DNA of 32,000 bases from Nitrososphaera viennensis EN76 (GCF_000698785.1 NZ_CP007536.1:60001-92000), one strand, 5' to 3'. Positions 7,471 to 16,735 are shown, counted from the stretch's first letter. The notes: generated from the sequence alone by a model not told the origin. Numbers and translations: made by a program.

Positions 7471-8106
7471 CTAGATGCACCTCACAAAGCCGTGCAGGAG
7501 GCCGCGCACCATCACGCCCTCGCCCCCGCCGGTAGAAAGCTCGTACTTGTCCTGGTACTGGCCCGTCAGTTCGCCTACCAGGCGGTAGAAATCGTCACCT
7601 GTGATTCCACACTTGCCGCAAACGTCGCTTCGCACCTTGGCAAGCTCGACCCAGCCAATCGAAGACGCCGAGTTTGCAAGCGCGCTGTCAAACTCTTTCT
7701 TGAAGTCGCCGACGCTAATGCTCCTTGCAGGCGCGGCAGATGCCGGCACGCTTCTGGCCTCAGCTCGTTCAGTAACGAGCCTTGCCAGGTTGGATATGTT
7801 GCCTGCAAGTGCCTCCACCGCGCGGGAAACCTCGCGGTTTGATGCGCTCACGGTCTCTTCAAGGGACTTTATCAGGTCGTACGTCAGCCTGAACCTCGGG
7901 TCGGTATTGAGAAGGCTCTGGACGTAATGGTCCTTGTGGAAGCAATAGTAGGCGCTTGCGCGCTTGTCCACGAAAACCTGCCCCTTGCTTACGAGGCTTT
8001 CCAGTGCGGCGTCGATCTCGCCAAACTCCTTGCGAAGATCGGCCTTTTTGGCACCGGCCGACCCCGCAGAAAGGATCCTTTTCTCCAGCTTTTCCTCTGC
8101 GGTCAT
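7471..8106 (-). CDS. wHTH / coiled-coil protein, operon partner of the NTPase
   Basis: 211-aa ORF ending 6 nt before the NTPase start. N-terminal wHTH-like KADLRKEFGEIDAALESLVSKGQVFV. The promoter tttaaataataa ends 17 nt upstream of the ATG. Confidence 0.8.
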   Translation of the reverse strand: MTAEEKLEKRILSAGSAGAKKADLRKEFGEIDAALESLVSKGQVFVDKRASAYYCFHKDHYVQSLLNTDPRFRLTYDLIKSLEETVSASNREVSRAVEALAGNISNLARLVTERAEARSVPASAAPARSISVGDFKKEFDSALANSASSIGWVELAKVRSDVCGKCGITGDDFYRLVGELTGQYQDKYELSTGGGEGVMVRGLLHGFVRCI

Positions 8107-8224
8107 GAGGTAGAAGTTCGAAATTATTATTTAAACCAGAAAGCGACGATTCGCTGCATTGTGGGTAAACAAAGTTACACAAGTGACGAATAACGGTTAA
8201 TATTGCGCGCCGCCCGCACTTGAG

Positions 8225-8282
8225 GTGGGATGATGATCACACTATTGCTGCACTATGATGAAAGTACTAGGGTATCTGACCA
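8225..8282 (+). ncRNA. candidate C/D-box sRNA
   Basis: C box ATGATGA 8230-8236. D'-like CTGC 8248-8251. C' ATGATGA 8255-8261. D box CTGA 8276-8279. Terminal GG/CC pairing. TATA-like ttaatatt at 8197-8204, about 25 nt upstream. Guide spacers are 11 and 14 nt rather than the ideal 12. Confidence 0.38.
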
Positions 8283-8434
8283 AATATTAGGTCAAGTACT
8301 TGGATTGAGGTAGGAATTAAATGGGAAATCAGGTAGGTTCGTGCTCCATTTGAGACAGGAGCGACTGATATCTATATGAGTTTGGAGCTAATGGTTTCAG
8401 TGCCGATTGCGGTTCTAAAAGTGGGGACCCGATT

Positions 8435-9349
8435 ATCAAAAAAAGGATTGAGGGAAGGAAAGCTCCTGCAGGCTCGTTGTAGAGTCCAACGCTCATCAGG
8501 GTCAACGGCTGGACTACACGCAACCCATTCTGCAAACACCATTGAAGGAGCTCACTGTTGCGGGTGGGCAATAGGAAACCAGGACCGGGAAACTCTGGTG
8601 CGGCTCCGATAGAGCCATCAGCTCTTTATTAGTCTCTCCTGCTGCATGACCAAAGTAACCTACAGTCGTGGCGTAGCCTGTTATGCGTCCCCATGTTCAA
8701 CTACGGTGGCTGTTCCCTGTTTTATAGAATCAATTAGCTCGCCCTCGCGGTCATGGCCATGGACTTTCATGCAGACCTGATTACAAGCACCAAGATCAGA
8801 GGTGGTGGCGGGACGAACAGAATATCCAGGAATCTGTACGGCAAGTCGCGGCCCCTGCATTGCCGATAATGGCTCACGGGCTACAAATCCTAGCTTGGCG
8901 TAGAGGGAAAGAGAGCGGTTATGATAGGCCGCTTGAACCAGTCGATATCCGGGGAAGCGTTGTTGTGCAGCCCGTGCCATAACATGCTGCATTAGTTCCC
9001 GCCCAACAGAGCGGTTTTGTACCTCTGGCTCAACTGTTATCGGGCCGATACCGGCAATGATCGAACGTTCGTCGATAAAGTTGCTGCCAACGATTCGGCC
9101 GTCAAGTTCGGCGACAACTCCGTAAATGGTGGGGGTGTTTGAGTAAGCGGGATAGTACATCGACGGCAATTTCTGGAGAAGGGAAGTCAGGGGGGAAGTT
9201 GTGCTGTTCCGCAAGGGCTTTGAACGCATTGTAGCAAATCGTGCACATTGCTCGGCGTCTTTAGCGACACCACGTCTCAAAGTGATGCTCATTTGGACTT
9301 GCTCGATTTCAATTGCGGCACATATTTTACTATAAGCATTACTGATCAT
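8435..9349 (-). pseudogene. degraded two-domain GNAT N-acetyltransferase
   Basis: The GNAT core VGSNFIDERSIIAGIGPITVEPEVQNRSVGRELM...LGF is in one frame. Family-like continuations GRITGYATTVGYFGHAAGETNKELMAL and IGAAPEFPGPGFLLPTRNSELLQWCLQNGLRVVQPLTLMSVGLYNEPAGAFLPSILF are in two other frames. An N-terminal stretch ICYNAFKALAEQHNFPPDFPSPEIAV is readable only in a shifted frame. The likely original start is ATG 9292. Confidence 0.8.
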
Positions 9350-9488
9350 GGAGGTTCCAAAGGATCCAAAAATAGGCCGAAGATGGTGAAGGACAAAGTC
9401 GATCTAGTTGATTATTGCACAAGTTTTTGTCATCCTTGCCGAATCCCTTCCCACTTGTAGAGTCTTACCCGACCAAACTACTATTTCA

Positions 9489-11564
9489 CTATGTCTGCAC
9501 TGCTGACGCGGTCTCGGCCCTCTGGTGCCTCGTCCTTGCATGCTTCATTGCGGCAAACACCGACAGTATGACTCCGACCCATGCCGCGCCAAAGGCGATG
9601 TTTTGCGGGCTGACATAGATGTACGGGATCGCCTCGTGGAGGTTTGCCTGTATCTCCAGCGCGCCAGAATGCATGTCCAAAAGCGCGGCATTGTAGCCTT
9701 CGTCGTGCGGCGACAGCGACGAAAGCGCCCCGGAACGCGCAACCATGCTGTCAAGTTGCATGTGGATTATCTCAAAGTCAGTCCGGTAGGTGGGAAAGAC
9801 CCAGACAGGGTTGCCGCTTTCCGGGATGAACCCCTGCGCAAGCCTTACGTAATCGGCCAGTTGCTGCGGGGTCTGCGCGGTCTGGGCCCTTGCGAGGAAC
9901 CCCGAAGCCTCCTGCAGGGGGTAGATGGACGTGTAATAGCCATAGTACGCGACGCCGGCCCCAAGGACAAGGAATGCAAGTACGCTTGGCAGGAGCAGGC
10001 GCTGGCCTGCGGTCCTTTGCACGGGGGCAAGAGGAGCAGCCTGCTGCACGACGACGGCGCCTGTCTTTTCTGACTTTATCCTCTTCTTCTTGCCGAGCTG
10101 CGAGTGCGCGATGCTGAGGTACGCCACGTAGATGAACCCGATGGTCGGCATTGCGATGAGCGGGGTAAAGAGCGCGTTGTTTGAGAATATTGCCACGAAT
10201 ATCGAGATGCAGCCGTACAGTGCAAAGAATATCTCCAGAAGGGTGGTCTTTGTGAACGGCAGCGCGTACTCTTTGTTGCGCCAGTCCTCCCCCTTTTTGA
10301 CGATGCCGAACTTGGGCGTACGCAGAAACTCGCTCTTGCGGCCAAACAGCGCGTCAAACACCGCGACAGAGTTGTTGACGGAGATGCCGGCGCCAAAAAA
10401 GTGCAGGAACAGAAACTGCATCCCCTTGTGCTTCCAGTCCTTCTTCCACACCTTGTTTATCACCACGAGGTAGCCGCCGGGGCCAAGCGCCGCGTACATG
10501 GCAAGCACGAACAGGGGCGCCCAGTTGCTCTCGTAGAGCCGATAGTCCATCGAAAGGAGCATAGGGAATATCAAAAACTGCGCAAGGAAAAGAGGGTGCG
10601 CGATGTGGCGGGTCATGTGTATGAACGACTGGACCTTTGACTCCACCGGCACCTTCCGGTGCGCCACCACGTCTGCCAGGAGCTTTAGCGCGACCTGTAT
10701 CGAGCCCTTGGCCCAGCGGAACTGCTGCCTCTTGGCCGCGTTCATCTGCACCGGCAGTTCGGCGTCGACGACATAGTCGTCAAGGAACATGCACTTCCAG
10801 CCCTTCATCTGCGCACGGTAGCTGAGGTCCATGTCCTCCACGAGCGTGCTTGTCTGCCAGCCGCCAGCGTCGTTGATGCACGAAGTCCTCCAGATGCCGG
10901 CAGTCCCGTTAAAGTTCAGAAATATCCGGCTCAGGCTCTTTGCCTTTTGCTCCACCAGAAAGTGCAGGTCAAGCGAGACGGCCTGCGCCTGCGTCATGGT
11001 GGAGTAGTCCTCGTTCACGTGGCCCCACTTGCACTGCACAAAGCCCATCTTGGGGTCGGAAAAATAGCGCAGCAAGTGCTTCAGAAACGACGATGGCGGG
11101 ATAAAGTCGGCGTCAAATATCGCGATGAACTCGCCCTTGGCAGTCTTCATGCCGGCCTTTAGCGCGCCGGCCTTGTAGCCGGACCTGTCCGCCCTGCGGA
11201 CGTGCACGATGTCAAAGCCCTTGAAACGGTACTCGTCGACAATGGAGCGTATCAGGTCGACGGTGTCGTCGTCCGAGTCGTCGAGCACCTGCACCTGCAT
11301 CTTGTTCTTGGGGTAGTCCATCCTGCACACGGCGTCTATCAGGCGCCTTGCGACGTACTTTTCGTTGTACAGCGGCAGCTGCACGGTAACGGTCGGGAGC
11401 ATGGCCAGCGGAAGCTCGGGCACCTGGCGCCTGCGCCTTTCATGGCTCTCGTTGTGGCGCGACTGGATGGCAAGGTAGTAAAAGTTCAGGGTGTAAAACA
11501 TCGTCACCCAGGCAATGACAAGAAAGATGACGTACAGAAAAGTGCCCGGGCCATACATCACCAT
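9489..11564 (-). CDS. family-2 glycosyltransferase, processive beta-glycan synthase-like (CesA/CslA-like)
   Basis: 691-aa ORF. N-terminal TM, LPLYNE, DDSDDDT, FDADF (DxD), LVEDMDLS and QQFRWAKG (QxxRW), followed by multiple TM helices and a roughly 200-aa C-terminal extension. Confidence 0.9.
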   Translation of the reverse strand: MVMYGPGTFLYVIFLVIAWVTMFYTLNFYYLAIQSRHNESHERRRRQVPELPLAMLPTVTVQLPLYNEKYVARRLIDAVCRMDYPKNKMQVQVLDDSDDDTVDLIRSIVDEYRFKGFDIVHVRRADRSGYKAGALKAGMKTAKGEFIAIFDADFIPPSSFLKHLLRYFSDPKMGFVQCKWGHVNEDYSTMTQAQAVSLDLHFLVEQKAKSLSRIFLNFNGTAGIWRTSCINDAGGWQTSTLVEDMDLSYRAQMKGWKCMFLDDYVVDAELPVQMNAAKRQQFRWAKGSIQVALKLLADVVAHRKVPVESKVQSFIHMTRHIAHPLFLAQFLIFPMLLSMDYRLYESNWAPLFVLAMYAALGPGGYLVVINKVWKKDWKHKGMQFLFLHFFGAGISVNNSVAVFDALFGRKSEFLRTPKFGIVKKGEDWRNKEYALPFTKTTLLEIFFALYGCISIFVAIFSNNALFTPLIAMPTIGFIYVAYLSIAHSQLGKKKRIKSEKTGAVVVQQAAPLAPVQRTAGQRLLLPSVLAFLVLGAGVAYYGYYTSIYPLQEASGFLARAQTAQTPQQLADYVRLAQGFIPESGNPVWVFPTYRTDFEIIHMQLDSMVARSGALSSLSPHDEGYNAALLDMHSGALEIQANLHEAIPYIYVSPQNIAFGAAWVGVILSVFAAMKHARTRHQRAETASAVQT

Positions 11565-11620
11565 GTCTTGGACTAGACCTCTATGCCGTATTTAGTATTT
11601 ATAGCTACTCGGATAAGCCT

Positions 11621-12274
11621 CTATCCGCTCTTTTGGAATATCTTTATCGCCTGCGGGGGACAGACGTTCTCGCACGCAAGGCAAAAGATGCAGTCTTTTT
11701 CCCTTGCCATGAACGCCTTTTTCTCTGAAGCCGGGTGGCCCGGCGTTTCAAGCCACTCGTACACGTTGACAGGACAGGCTTCGATGCATGCGCCGTCAGC
11801 CACGCATATGTCGAAATCTACGCAGACGTTTGTGCCCCAGATGCCCAGTTGCCCGGGGGCGTCTAGCGGGCCCCAGACGTTGATGCCCCTGAACTGGCCT
11901 GCTATCTGGCGCTTGCTCTTGAAGCCCGTGTCTATCGGGCCCTCTGCCTTTGAGTAGCTCGTGCCAGAGCCTGTAAGTGAAATGGTAGTGTTGCCGTCAC
12001 CGCCGCCTGCGGCAGGCGCTGCTGGAGCTGGCATCGCTGGCTGCGGAGCCGCGCTCGGCTTTGGAACCGCTGCGGGCGCCGGGCCTGCAGCTGCCGGCTT
12101 GGGCGCCGGAGGCGCAGCCATTTGCGCCGCCCTTGTTTTCTGCCTCTTGACGACGCAGAGTTGATCGTGAACCTCCTTCATGCTCTGGAGGGTGTTAGGG
12201 TTCGAGTGAGTCAAAAGCGTCCCACAGTCTGCGCATACATACTCGGTGACCGTTGTTGCTGCTGCGGTAGACAT
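11621..12274 (-). CDS. Sulfolobus-type zinc-containing dicluster ferredoxin with N-terminal Zn-ribbon and Pro/Ala-rich linker
   Basis: The C-terminal part, GIWGTNVCVDFDICVADGACIEACPVNVYEWLETPGHPASEKKAF..CIFCLACENVCPPQAI, closely matches my recollection of Sulfolobus Zn-ferredoxin. The N-terminus has a single CxxC (CADC), read as a possible Zn ribbon, plus a roughly 50-aa PA-rich tract. Confidence 0.85.
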   Translation of the reverse strand: MSTAAATTVTEYVCADCGTLLTHSNPNTLQSMKEVHDQLCVVKRQKTRAAQMAAPPAPKPAAAGPAPAAVPKPSAAPQPAMPAPAAPAAGGGDGNTTISLTGSGTSYSKAEGPIDTGFKSKRQIAGQFRGINVWGPLDAPGQLGIWGTNVCVDFDICVADGACIEACPVNVYEWLETPGHPASEKKAFMAREKDCIFCLACENVCPPQAIKIFQKSG

Positions 12275-12402
12275 GATGTGAGTGGGTTGCGACTCATTTA
12301 TTAATTAAATGGTTATTTGCTGGATAACTAGTTGGCTTCGGATGGTTAATATCGAAAGAACGCGACGTGTAACCTTATTGGCTAGAAAACCAATATGATT
12401 AC

Positions 12403-14181
12403 ATGAAGACTGCAGACATTGTCGCTGAAGCGCTGATGGACTGGGGCGTAGATGTCATCTTTGGCCTGCCCGGCGACGGCATTAACGGTTTCATCGAGGC
12501 ATTGAGAAGAAGAACAAGCAAGATCCGGTTCGTCCTTGTCCGGCACGAGGAATCCTCTGCGTTCATGGCGTGCGCCTATGCAAAATACACGGGCAAGCTC
12601 GGCGCGTGCGTTGCCACGTCCGGTCCGGGGGCGGTGCACTTACTGACAGGACTTTACGACGCCAAGGCGGACGGCGCGCCCGTCATCGCAATCACCGGAA
12701 GCACGTACTCTGACATGATGGGGACGAACTACCAGCAGGACATCGACCTGCTCCAGCTCTACGAAGACGTGTCAGTCTACAACAACATGATAAACAGCCC
12801 CGAGCACGCCGAGACGGCAGTCGACATTGCGTGCAGGACGGCCCTTGCAAAAAGAGGAGTCAGCCACCTCACAATCCCGATAGACGTGCAGGAGCAGGAG
12901 CTGCGCGGGCAATATTCGAGGCACAACGTGGCCAACCACACTTCAGACGCGCTTGTCGCCTACGCGATGCCTGACCCGAAATTTGTGCAAAAAGCGGCAG
13001 AGATACTGAACGCCGGAAACAGGGTTGTCATGCTGGTGGGGCAGGGCGCGCTTGGCGCCACCGACGAGGTTATTGCAGTCGCAGAAAGGCTGGGCGCGCC
13101 CATCGTCAAGGCGCTCCTTGGCAAGGCAGTGGTCCCGGACGACCACCCGCTCTGCACAGGCGGCATCGGCCTGCTTGGCACCTCGCCCTCGTCAGACGCG
13201 ATGGCAGAGGCAGACACGCTCCTTATGGTCGGGACTTCATTTCCGTACATTGACTATTTGCCAAAGCCGGGGCAGGCCCGGGGCGTGCAGATAGACCTCT
13301 TTGCAGAAAGGATAGGGCTGCGCTATCCAGTCGAGGTCGGCCTTGTCGGGGATTCCAGGCTAGCGCTGTCGGCACTGCTCCCGCTCCTGAAGGAAAAGAG
13401 CCGGGACTTTGTGCGCTCTAAACAGGCGGCGATGAAAGAGTGGAACGACCTTTTGCGGGAGCGCAGCAGCCGGATCGAGACGCCGATGAAGCCGCAGTTC
13501 ATAGCCAGGATAATCTCCGAGGAGCTGCGGGACGACGCCATACTCTCTGTCGACAGTGGGACCAACACCATCTGGGCGGCCCAGTACATCAACCTGAAAA
13601 GGGGGATGAAGTTCTCGCTCTCCGGCACGCTTGCAACGATGGCGTGCGCGCTTCCCTACGCAATAGCCGCGCAGGTGGCGTACCCAAAGCGGCAGTCCGT
13701 GGCCTTTGTCGGCGACGGCGGCTTTACGATGCTTATGGGCGAGTTTGCGACCGCGGTGAAATACCATCTGCCTATCAAGGTGGTGATAATAAAGAACAAC
13801 TCGCTTGGCATGATCCGGTGGGAGCAGCTGGCCTTTCTTGGAAACCCGGAATTCGGGGTGGAATTCTCGCCGATAGACTTTGCCAAGTTTGCTGAGGCGT
13901 GTGGTGCTAAAGGCTATTCTATATCCGATCCACGCGACGCAAGGTCGCTGGTCCGGGAGGCGATGTCGCAGGACGGGCCGGCGATAATCGAGGCCCTGGT
14001 GGACCCGTTTGAGCCCCCGATGCCTCCAAAGGTCGACCTTGACTTTGTCAGCAACATGGCCGAGTCGTTCGCAAGGGGCCAGCCGCACGCCCGGAGGATA
14101 GGGCTGACCATATTCCGGGATCAGGTGCACGAGGCGCTGAGAAAAATGCACTCGCACGAAGACGAAAAAGAAACGCGCTAG
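12403..14181 (+). CDS. thiamine-diphosphate enzyme, pyruvate oxidase (PoxB)/acetolactate-synthase family
   Basis: 592-aa ORF. N-terminal GLPGDGINGFIEAL, RHEESSAFMACAYAKYTGKLGACVATSGPGAVHLLTGLYDA, and a TPP-binding GDGGF...NN motif region (VGDGGFTMLMGE...IKNNSLGMI). Confidence 0.9.
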   Translation: MKTADIVAEALMDWGVDVIFGLPGDGINGFIEALRRRTSKIRFVLVRHEESSAFMACAYAKYTGKLGACVATSGPGAVHLLTGLYDAKADGAPVIAITGSTYSDMMGTNYQQDIDLLQLYEDVSVYNNMINSPEHAETAVDIACRTALAKRGVSHLTIPIDVQEQELRGQYSRHNVANHTSDALVAYAMPDPKFVQKAAEILNAGNRVVMLVGQGALGATDEVIAVAERLGAPIVKALLGKAVVPDDHPLCTGGIGLLGTSPSSDAMAEADTLLMVGTSFPYIDYLPKPGQARGVQIDLFAERIGLRYPVEVGLVGDSRLALSALLPLLKEKSRDFVRSKQAAMKEWNDLLRERSSRIETPMKPQFIARIISEELRDDAILSVDSGTNTIWAAQYINLKRGMKFSLSGTLATMACALPYAIAAQVAYPKRQSVAFVGDGGFTMLMGEFATAVKYHLPIKVVIIKNNSLGMIRWEQLAFLGNPEFGVEFSPIDFAKFAEACGAKGYSISDPRDARSLVREAMSQDGPAIIEALVDPFEPPMPPKVDLDFVSNMAESFARGQPHARRIGLTIFRDQVHEALRKMHSHEDEKETR

Positions 14182-14248
14182 CGCCAACATCATATACTGC
14201 TTGCCAGCTTTTGGCCCGGAGTTAATAGGCTGGTAACTGCAATCGTAT

Positions 14249-15005
14249 GTGCAAAAAATGGCCAAGCGAGTCACTCATGTTGAACCTCATATCAAGGAGA
14301 GCAACTACATACGGGATCTTGTGTTTGGATTTGGCGACGGGGTAAACACGTCGCTTGGAATCGTGGCCGGGGTGGGAGGCGCCATCATCGCCGCGGACGT
14401 GGTCATCCTCGCCGCGCTGATAGGGATGTTTACCGGCGCAAAGGCGATGGCCGTCCAGAACTACCTTGCCGTAAAGTCGCAGCGGGAGATACTAGAGTCC
14501 GAGATAAAGCGCGAGGAGTACGAGCTGGAGACTATTCCAGAAGAAGAAAAACAGGAGATACAGGACATTTACCGCGCAAAAGGGTTCGAGGGCGAGGAGC
14601 TGGACAAGGTCGTCGACAAGATAACGTCCAACAAGGACGTCTGGCTCAAGACCATGCTTACAGAAGAGCTGGGGCTCAACCTGGAAATCCTGGGAAACCC
14701 TCTGAAAGGGGCGCGTGATGTTTGGCTCTTTTCTGCTGGGCGGGATTCTCCCAATCCTTCCTTACTTTGCAGTCAAGGCCGGCCTGATGTCTTCGACTGC
14801 TGCCATCGTGATAGCCATCATCATAAGCGTGGCCTCGTCGTTCATAGTGGGCGCGCTAAAGGGGCGCATGGCAAAGAAAAGCTGGATAAAAGGCGGGATA
14901 GAGATGGCCGGGCTTGGCACCGGCATCGCGCTGGTCGGCTATGGGATTGGGGCGGAACTTGCAAACGCCGGGATTGTAAGCATCCCTGCTGCTGCAGCGG
15001 GATGA
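14249..15005 (+). pseudogene. VIT1/CCC1-family iron/manganese transporter interrupted by a single frameshift
   Basis: The N-terminal half (IRDLVFGFGDGVNTSLGIVAGVGG...NPLKGA) is in the frame of 14249. The C-terminal half (VMFGSFLLGGILPILPYF...GGIEMAGLGTGIALVGYGIG) is in the frame of ORF 14715..15005. The switch lies within 14704-14717, next to a G4 run. The remainder of the 327-aa ORF is Arg/Pro-rich nonsense. Confidence 0.78.
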
Positions 15006-15032
15006 GCGAGTTCTCCTTCAGCTGGAGTACAC

Positions 15033-16703
15033 TTAGTAGCGCTTTTCCAGCTCGCGGAACACAAGTTCTGCCAGCTGGTCGGGGTCGCCTGCCTGGACCA
15101 CGTGCAGCCCAACAGCCCTTGCGAGTTTTGCCACCGGCCCGTCGCCTTCGCCATGCCTGTTGCTGGTCCGCAGCATGCCTATCACGAGGTCGATGGGCTC
15201 GCAGTCAAGAAGCTTTATCTTGGACTCCATGAGCCTAGTGCCCGTGGACTCGGGATCAGAGTACGCAAGAAACGACACTGCTATCCTGCCCCCGGTCCTG
15301 GTGCTTGGCGAGATGATGTCGAATTTGTGGAGCACGCCAGATTTTCCCATTATCTTGTTTCCAAGCACGATCTCGATCCCGTGATCCTGCATCATCGCCC
15401 TGACGGCGCCTGCGCACCTGTTGAGCACGATTGACTGCTGCAGGGTTTCAAGCTCCAGTATGTATTCGCGCGAGTCGAGCCAGATGTCTGCGACTATGTT
15501 GTGCATGAACGACACCATCCCTGCAAGGTTGGTGAGTATGTTGATGCCCGGCCTCTTCTTCTTGTTGTTGTCGCTACCCTGCGCCCTTGCAGCGTTTGAG
15601 AATAGCATCTCCTTGCCGTCGACTATCATCACCTGCACGTCGGTCTGGAACGCCGATATGCGGAACTCTATTGCGCCGTGCAGCTTTCTCACAATGTCGG
15701 CCTCGTCGGAGCTTGGCGCAGAAAGGACGCGCACCTTTACCCTCCTGTCTGCAAGCGACTTTAACACTTCAAGCACCGCCGGCGCGCTGAACGTCGGGTA
15801 GAGATTAAAGCCGATGTACACTTCTGACTTTGCAGACGTCAGGAGCGCCATCATGTTGTCCGCGTATTCCTTGTCGTCCGTGATTATCCTAAACGACTCG
15901 GCCGGCTTGCCCGTCTTGAGCGCGGTGGCAATCGCGCCAAGCTCTATTCCGGACTGGAACTCGTTGGTTGCTATCGACTGCATCGCCGACGCAAACGACT
16001 GCGAGTACGTCCACAGCGCCACTTCCTCCTCTGCCCCGCCTGCCACTGTTATGAGCGCCTCTTCTTCGTCCTTGAGCACCATCTTCATCTTGGACTCGGC
16101 CCTGTGGCGTATCTCTGCAAACTCGTAGTGCTTTACTATCTCCAACGCCGGCAGGTCCGCCACTTCTGTCACTATCTCCACCGCGACGCCCCTTGCCGCG
16201 GCGGCCGCGATGGCTTCGTACGCGCCGGAGTAGTACATCTTGCCGAGGTCCCGGACCGATGTTATCATTGATATTTTCTTGCCTGCCCCCTTGGCAAGCC
16301 TTGTCACCGCGCGGTGGATCTCCTCGCTTCCCTGCAGGATGCTGAACCTGGCGCCCACCGCCTCATCGGAGGGGATGTAGAATTTCGTGAACTGCTCCAG
16401 TATCGAGGCGTACTTGCCCTCTGCAGCCTTTAGCTCGTCCTTGCGCCTGTCTATTAACAATTGTAACGCTTTTTTCGGCTCGACGGCGATAAAGCTGACG
16501 GGCCTGCTCATGGAGGTCTCGACTATCCCTGCCTGCTTCAGCCTCTCAAGTATCCTGTACGTCGTGGTCCTGTTGATTTTTAGAGCTGACGAGAGCGAGC
16601 TGGCCCTTGCCTTGCCCAGCCTTGCAAGCCTCACGTACGCCTGGGCTTCCATGTCCTCGAGCCCAAACGCCTTCAGGTCTGCGGCAAGGGGGTCTTCGGC
16701 CAT
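15033..16703 (-). CDS. TrmB-family transcriptional regulator, long multi-domain form
   Basis: 556-aa ORF. N-terminal TrmB-type wHTH LEDMEAQAYVRLARLGKARASSLSSALKINRTTTYRILERLKQAGIVE, then a coiled coil and a large C-terminal region. Confidence 0.85.
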   Translation of the reverse strand: MAEDPLAADLKAFGLEDMEAQAYVRLARLGKARASSLSSALKINRTTTYRILERLKQAGIVETSMSRPVSFIAVEPKKALQLLIDRRKDELKAAEGKYASILEQFTKFYIPSDEAVGARFSILQGSEEIHRAVTRLAKGAGKKISMITSVRDLGKMYYSGAYEAIAAAAARGVAVEIVTEVADLPALEIVKHYEFAEIRHRAESKMKMVLKDEEEALITVAGGAEEEVALWTYSQSFASAMQSIATNEFQSGIELGAIATALKTGKPAESFRIITDDKEYADNMMALLTSAKSEVYIGFNLYPTFSAPAVLEVLKSLADRRVKVRVLSAPSSDEADIVRKLHGAIEFRISAFQTDVQVMIVDGKEMLFSNAARAQGSDNNKKKRPGINILTNLAGMVSFMHNIVADIWLDSREYILELETLQQSIVLNRCAGAVRAMMQDHGIEIVLGNKIMGKSGVLHKFDIISPSTRTGGRIAVSFLAYSDPESTGTRLMESKIKLLDCEPIDLVIGMLRTSNRHGEGDGPVAKLARAVGLHVVQAGDPDQLAELVFRELEKRY

Positions 16704-16735
16704 GGCCCTTTATGACCATGGATTAATATAAAGTT

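Noticed and set aside
6073-7474. Plus-strand ORFs of 60-195 aa inside the NTPase gene
   Set aside because: They are antisense to a gene with clear Walker A/B motifs. Their composition is His/Arg/Val-rich, and they have no upstream promoter boxes.
13360-14274. 304-aa minus-strand ORF overlapping the TPP enzyme gene
   Set aside because: It is an Arg/Pro/His-rich product antisense to a gene with unmistakable TPP-enzyme motifs. Shadow ORF in GC-rich coding DNA. The same reasoning applies to 12943..13250(-) and 13440..13895(+).
14716-15232. C-terminal 170 aa of the 327-aa ORF 14249..15232
   Set aside because: It is out-of-frame read-through after the VIT1 frameshift, giving Arg/Pro/Cys-rich nonsense. 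It overlaps the convergent TrmB gene. The genuine VIT1 C-terminus is ORF 14715..15005.
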